IMG/VR virus record: IMGVR_UViG_2690316153_000015 | Reading direction: 5' to 3' (one strand) | Source of the DNA: a virus | Taxonomy: Duplodnaviria > Heunggongvirae > Uroviricota > Caudoviricetes | DNA: 37,792 nucleotides | Shown here: positions 35,636 through 37,792 of the stretch, piece after piece | Layout: each line of letters begins with the position of its first letter | How positions within the stretch are numbered: position 1 is the first letter of the stretch | Made by a program: the position numbers and the translations under genes | Notes under the pieces: model-generated | What the model was told of the DNA's origin: nothing | What the model saw: the letters and a program-made list of their open reading frames with translations, nothing else | Database searches by the model: none

Positions 35636-36529
35636 ATGAAAAATATAATTTTTTCTATAGGTGCATCATTTATATCAATTAGTGTACTGCCTGTTCACGC
35701 AGCAACTGAACATAATAACTTCAATGCAGTACTCCAGTGCCGAGCAATAGAAAATAATAAAGACAGACTTTCTTGTTACGATAAGTCAATACAACCGACT
35801 CGAACGAAAGTTGCTGAAAAATTCGAAAGCAGAGATCAATGCCCTGATGAGAAAGATGATGACAGACGTTTATCTTGTTATGATCGTTTTTTTTCTCCAA
35901 CATTTACTCCATCTGTAAACTCAAAATCTAAAACGGAAAAGCCAGTAACAACAGAGGCTCAGCAACCAAATCTTTCTGAGATATCTAAATGCCGAGCAGA
36001 AAATGATAAAGAAGCCAGACTAAACTGCTACGATAAACTATTCCCACAGGATAAAGCTGTTCAAGCTGAATCAAAATTAGAGAAAGCCACAGATGTAGGA
36101 AAATGGCACACATCCATTACTACATCGCCAATTGATGATTCGAAAAATGTAATTTTATCGTTAGAAAGTGATGATTATATCAGAACTCCATTTGGAGAAG
36201 CGGTTACTCCCACTCTGTTTATAGCTTGCCGAGAAAAGAAAACCGAAGTATTTCTTAGTTGGGATGTATATTTAGGCCTTGAACAAACCAGCATGCTTTA
36301 TCGTCTTGATAAACAGAAAGCAGTTGAGCGAAACTGGCTAGTATCTACAGATACAAAGGCTGTTTTTTATAAAGGTAATGACATTGATTTCATCCGAAAA
36401 CTAGCCAACTCAAACAAAATGTATACAAAAATAACTCCTTATAATGAGAGCCCTGTAAGTGCAACTTTCAATTTAAACGGCCTGTCAAACGCGCTAAAAC
36501 CACTTCAAGCTGCTTGTAACTGGAAATAG
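35636..36529 (+). CDS. Secreted protein with three tandem C-x12-C-Y-D repeats (hypothetical)
   Basis: 297 aa; signal peptide ending VHA-AT; repeats CRAIENNKDRLSCYDK, CPDEKDDDRRLSCYDR, CRAENDKEARLNCYDK; 4 bp after the upstream gene. Confidence 0.65.
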   Translation: MKNIIFSIGASFISISVLPVHAATEHNNFNAVLQCRAIENNKDRLSCYDKSIQPTRTKVAEKFESRDQCPDEKDDDRRLSCYDRFFSPTFTPSVNSKSKTEKPVTTEAQQPNLSEISKCRAENDKEARLNCYDKLFPQDKAVQAESKLEKATDVGKWHTSITTSPIDDSKNVILSLESDDYIRTPFGEAVTPTLFIACREKKTEVFLSWDVYLGLEQTSMLYRLDKQKAVERNWLVSTDTKAVFYKGNDIDFIRKLANSNKMYTKITPYNESPVSATFNLNGLSNALKPLQAACNWK

Positions 36530-36555
36530 CATAAATCATGTGGCTTAGCCACAAT

Positions 36556-36600
36556 CACAGATAACACAAAGCCCGTGAAAACGGGCTTTGTGTTATCTGT
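36556..36600 (+). terminator. Strong hairpin (19-bp perfect stem ACAGATAACACAAAGCCCG / CGGGCTTTGTGTTATCTGT, 7-nt loop)
   Basis: Perfect inverted repeat 26 bp after the stop of the secreted-protein gene. Confidence 0.5.
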
Positions 36601-36614
36601 AACTCGAAAATGTG

Positions 36615-36631
36615 GTCACTACGTGGACACG
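36615..36631. repeat. Candidate attR core GTCACTACGTGGACACG, matching GACACTGCGTGGACAC at 14..29 inside the 3' end of int
   Basis: 15 of 17 bp shared between a sequence at the int end of the prophage and one just before host flk. Confidence 0.3.
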
Positions 36632-36796
36632 TGCTGATATAAATCCTTTTATATCAATAAATTAAATCATCATTTTTTTCATCAACAAGGATTTTCACGT
36701 TTGTGTTACCTGTATGAGACGAGAGTTAACCGGACAAGTGTGCCATAATCTCGCGGCCAGGCATACTTGCGAAGATTTCAGGTATAAGGATACGTA

Positions 36797-37792
36797 ATGA
36801 TACAACCTATTTCCGGCCCTCCTCCTGGGCAACCACCAGGTCAGGGAGATAACCTGCCGTCTGGCGCGGGCAATCAGCCTTTATCCAGTCAGCAACGTAC
36901 TTCGCTGGAAAGCTTAATGACGAAAGTGACCTCACTGACGCAACAACAAAGAGCAGAACTGTGGGCGGGTATCAGGCACGATATTGGTCTGTCGGGAGAT
37001 TCACCGCTGCTTTCGCGTCACTTCCCTGCCGCTGAGCATAATCTGGCGCAACGTCTGCTGGCCGCGCAAAAAAGCCATTCTGCCCGCCAGCTTTTAGCGC
37101 AATTAGGGGAGTATTTACGTCTGGGGAATAATCGTCAGGCGGTCACGGATTATATCCGTCATAACTTTGGTCAGACACCGCTGAATCAGCTCTCACCGGA
37201 GCAATTAAAAACCATTCTCACCCTGTTGCAGGAAGGGAAGATGGTTATTCCGCAACCACAGCAGCGCGAGGCGACCGACCGTCCTTTATTACCGGCGGAG
37301 CACAATGCGCTAAAACAGCTGGTGACCAAACTTGCGGCGGCAACGGGGGAACCCAGCAAACAGATCTGGCAATCGATGCTGGAACTTTCCGGGGTGAAAG
37401 ATGGCGAGTTAATTCCAGCGAAACTGTTTAACCATCTGGTGACCTGGTTGCAGGCGCGCCAGACGTTAAGCCAGCAAAATACGCCGACGCTGGAATCACT
37501 ACAGATGGCGCTAAAACAACCTTTAGATGCCAGTGAACTGGCGGCGTTATCGGCATATATCCAGCAAAAATATGGCCTTTCTGCGCAATCATCGCTTTCT
37601 TCTGCCCAGGCCGAGGATATTCTTAATCAGCTTTATCAACGGCGGGTTAAAGGGATTGATCCGCGTGATATGCAACCGCTGCTTAATCCTTTTCCACCGA
37701 TGATGGACACGTTGCAAAATATGGCAACGCGTCCCGCGCTGTGGATACTGTTAGTCGCGATTATCCTGATGCTGGTCTGGCTGGTTCGTTAG
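36797..37792 (+). CDS. flk: Flagellar regulator Flk (host gene, C-terminal membrane anchor)
   Basis: 331-aa ORF with PPGQPPGQ N-terminus, Gln-rich body and C-terminal TM LWILLVAIILMLVWLV, as in enterobacterial Flk; normal GC content. Confidence 0.8.
   Translation: MIQPISGPPPGQPPGQGDNLPSGAGNQPLSSQQRTSLESLMTKVTSLTQQQRAELWAGIRHDIGLSGDSPLLSRHFPAAEHNLAQRLLAAQKSHSARQLLAQLGEYLRLGNNRQAVTDYIRHNFGQTPLNQLSPEQLKTILTLLQEGKMVIPQPQQREATDRPLLPAEHNALKQLVTKLAAATGEPSKQIWQSMLELSGVKDGELIPAKLFNHLVTWLQARQTLSQQNTPTLESLQMALKQPLDASELAALSAYIQQKYGLSAQSSLSSAQAEDILNQLYQRRVKGIDPRDMQPLLNPFPPMMDTLQNMATRPALWILLVAIILMLVWLVR

Overview
The window is almost entirely one integrated P2-like (Peduovirus-type) myovirus prophage of about 36.6 kb, followed by the host flagellar regulator gene flk (36797..37792). 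All calls are from reading the ORF translations and the DNA by eye; no database search or computation was run. Gene order is int, C repressor, cox, a run of small early ORFs, replication protein A, then a cargo hotspot, then portal Q, terminase P, scaffold O, capsid N, small terminase M, L, X, a lysis cassette, tail completion and baseplate genes R-S-V-W-J-I, tail fiber H and chaperone G, an invertible tail-fiber segment with a Pin/Hin-family invertase, a leftward U-T-E/E'-FII-FI tail operon, D and ogr. In the position where P2 carries tin and old (between A and the cos/portal end), this prophage instead has a plasmid-type parMR partition module with upstream dyad repeats, plus a strongly AT-rich two-gene membrane-protein cassette (9269..10648) that I do not recognise; this is the best candidate for an undescribed anti-phage or exclusion system. 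Two further AT-rich cargo islands are present: a 340-aa protein with a C-terminal R-x4-H motif between D and ogr (33232..34254), and a hok-like type I toxin with a zinc-ribbon membrane protein and a secreted Cys-repeat protein between ogr and the right prophage end (34700..36530).
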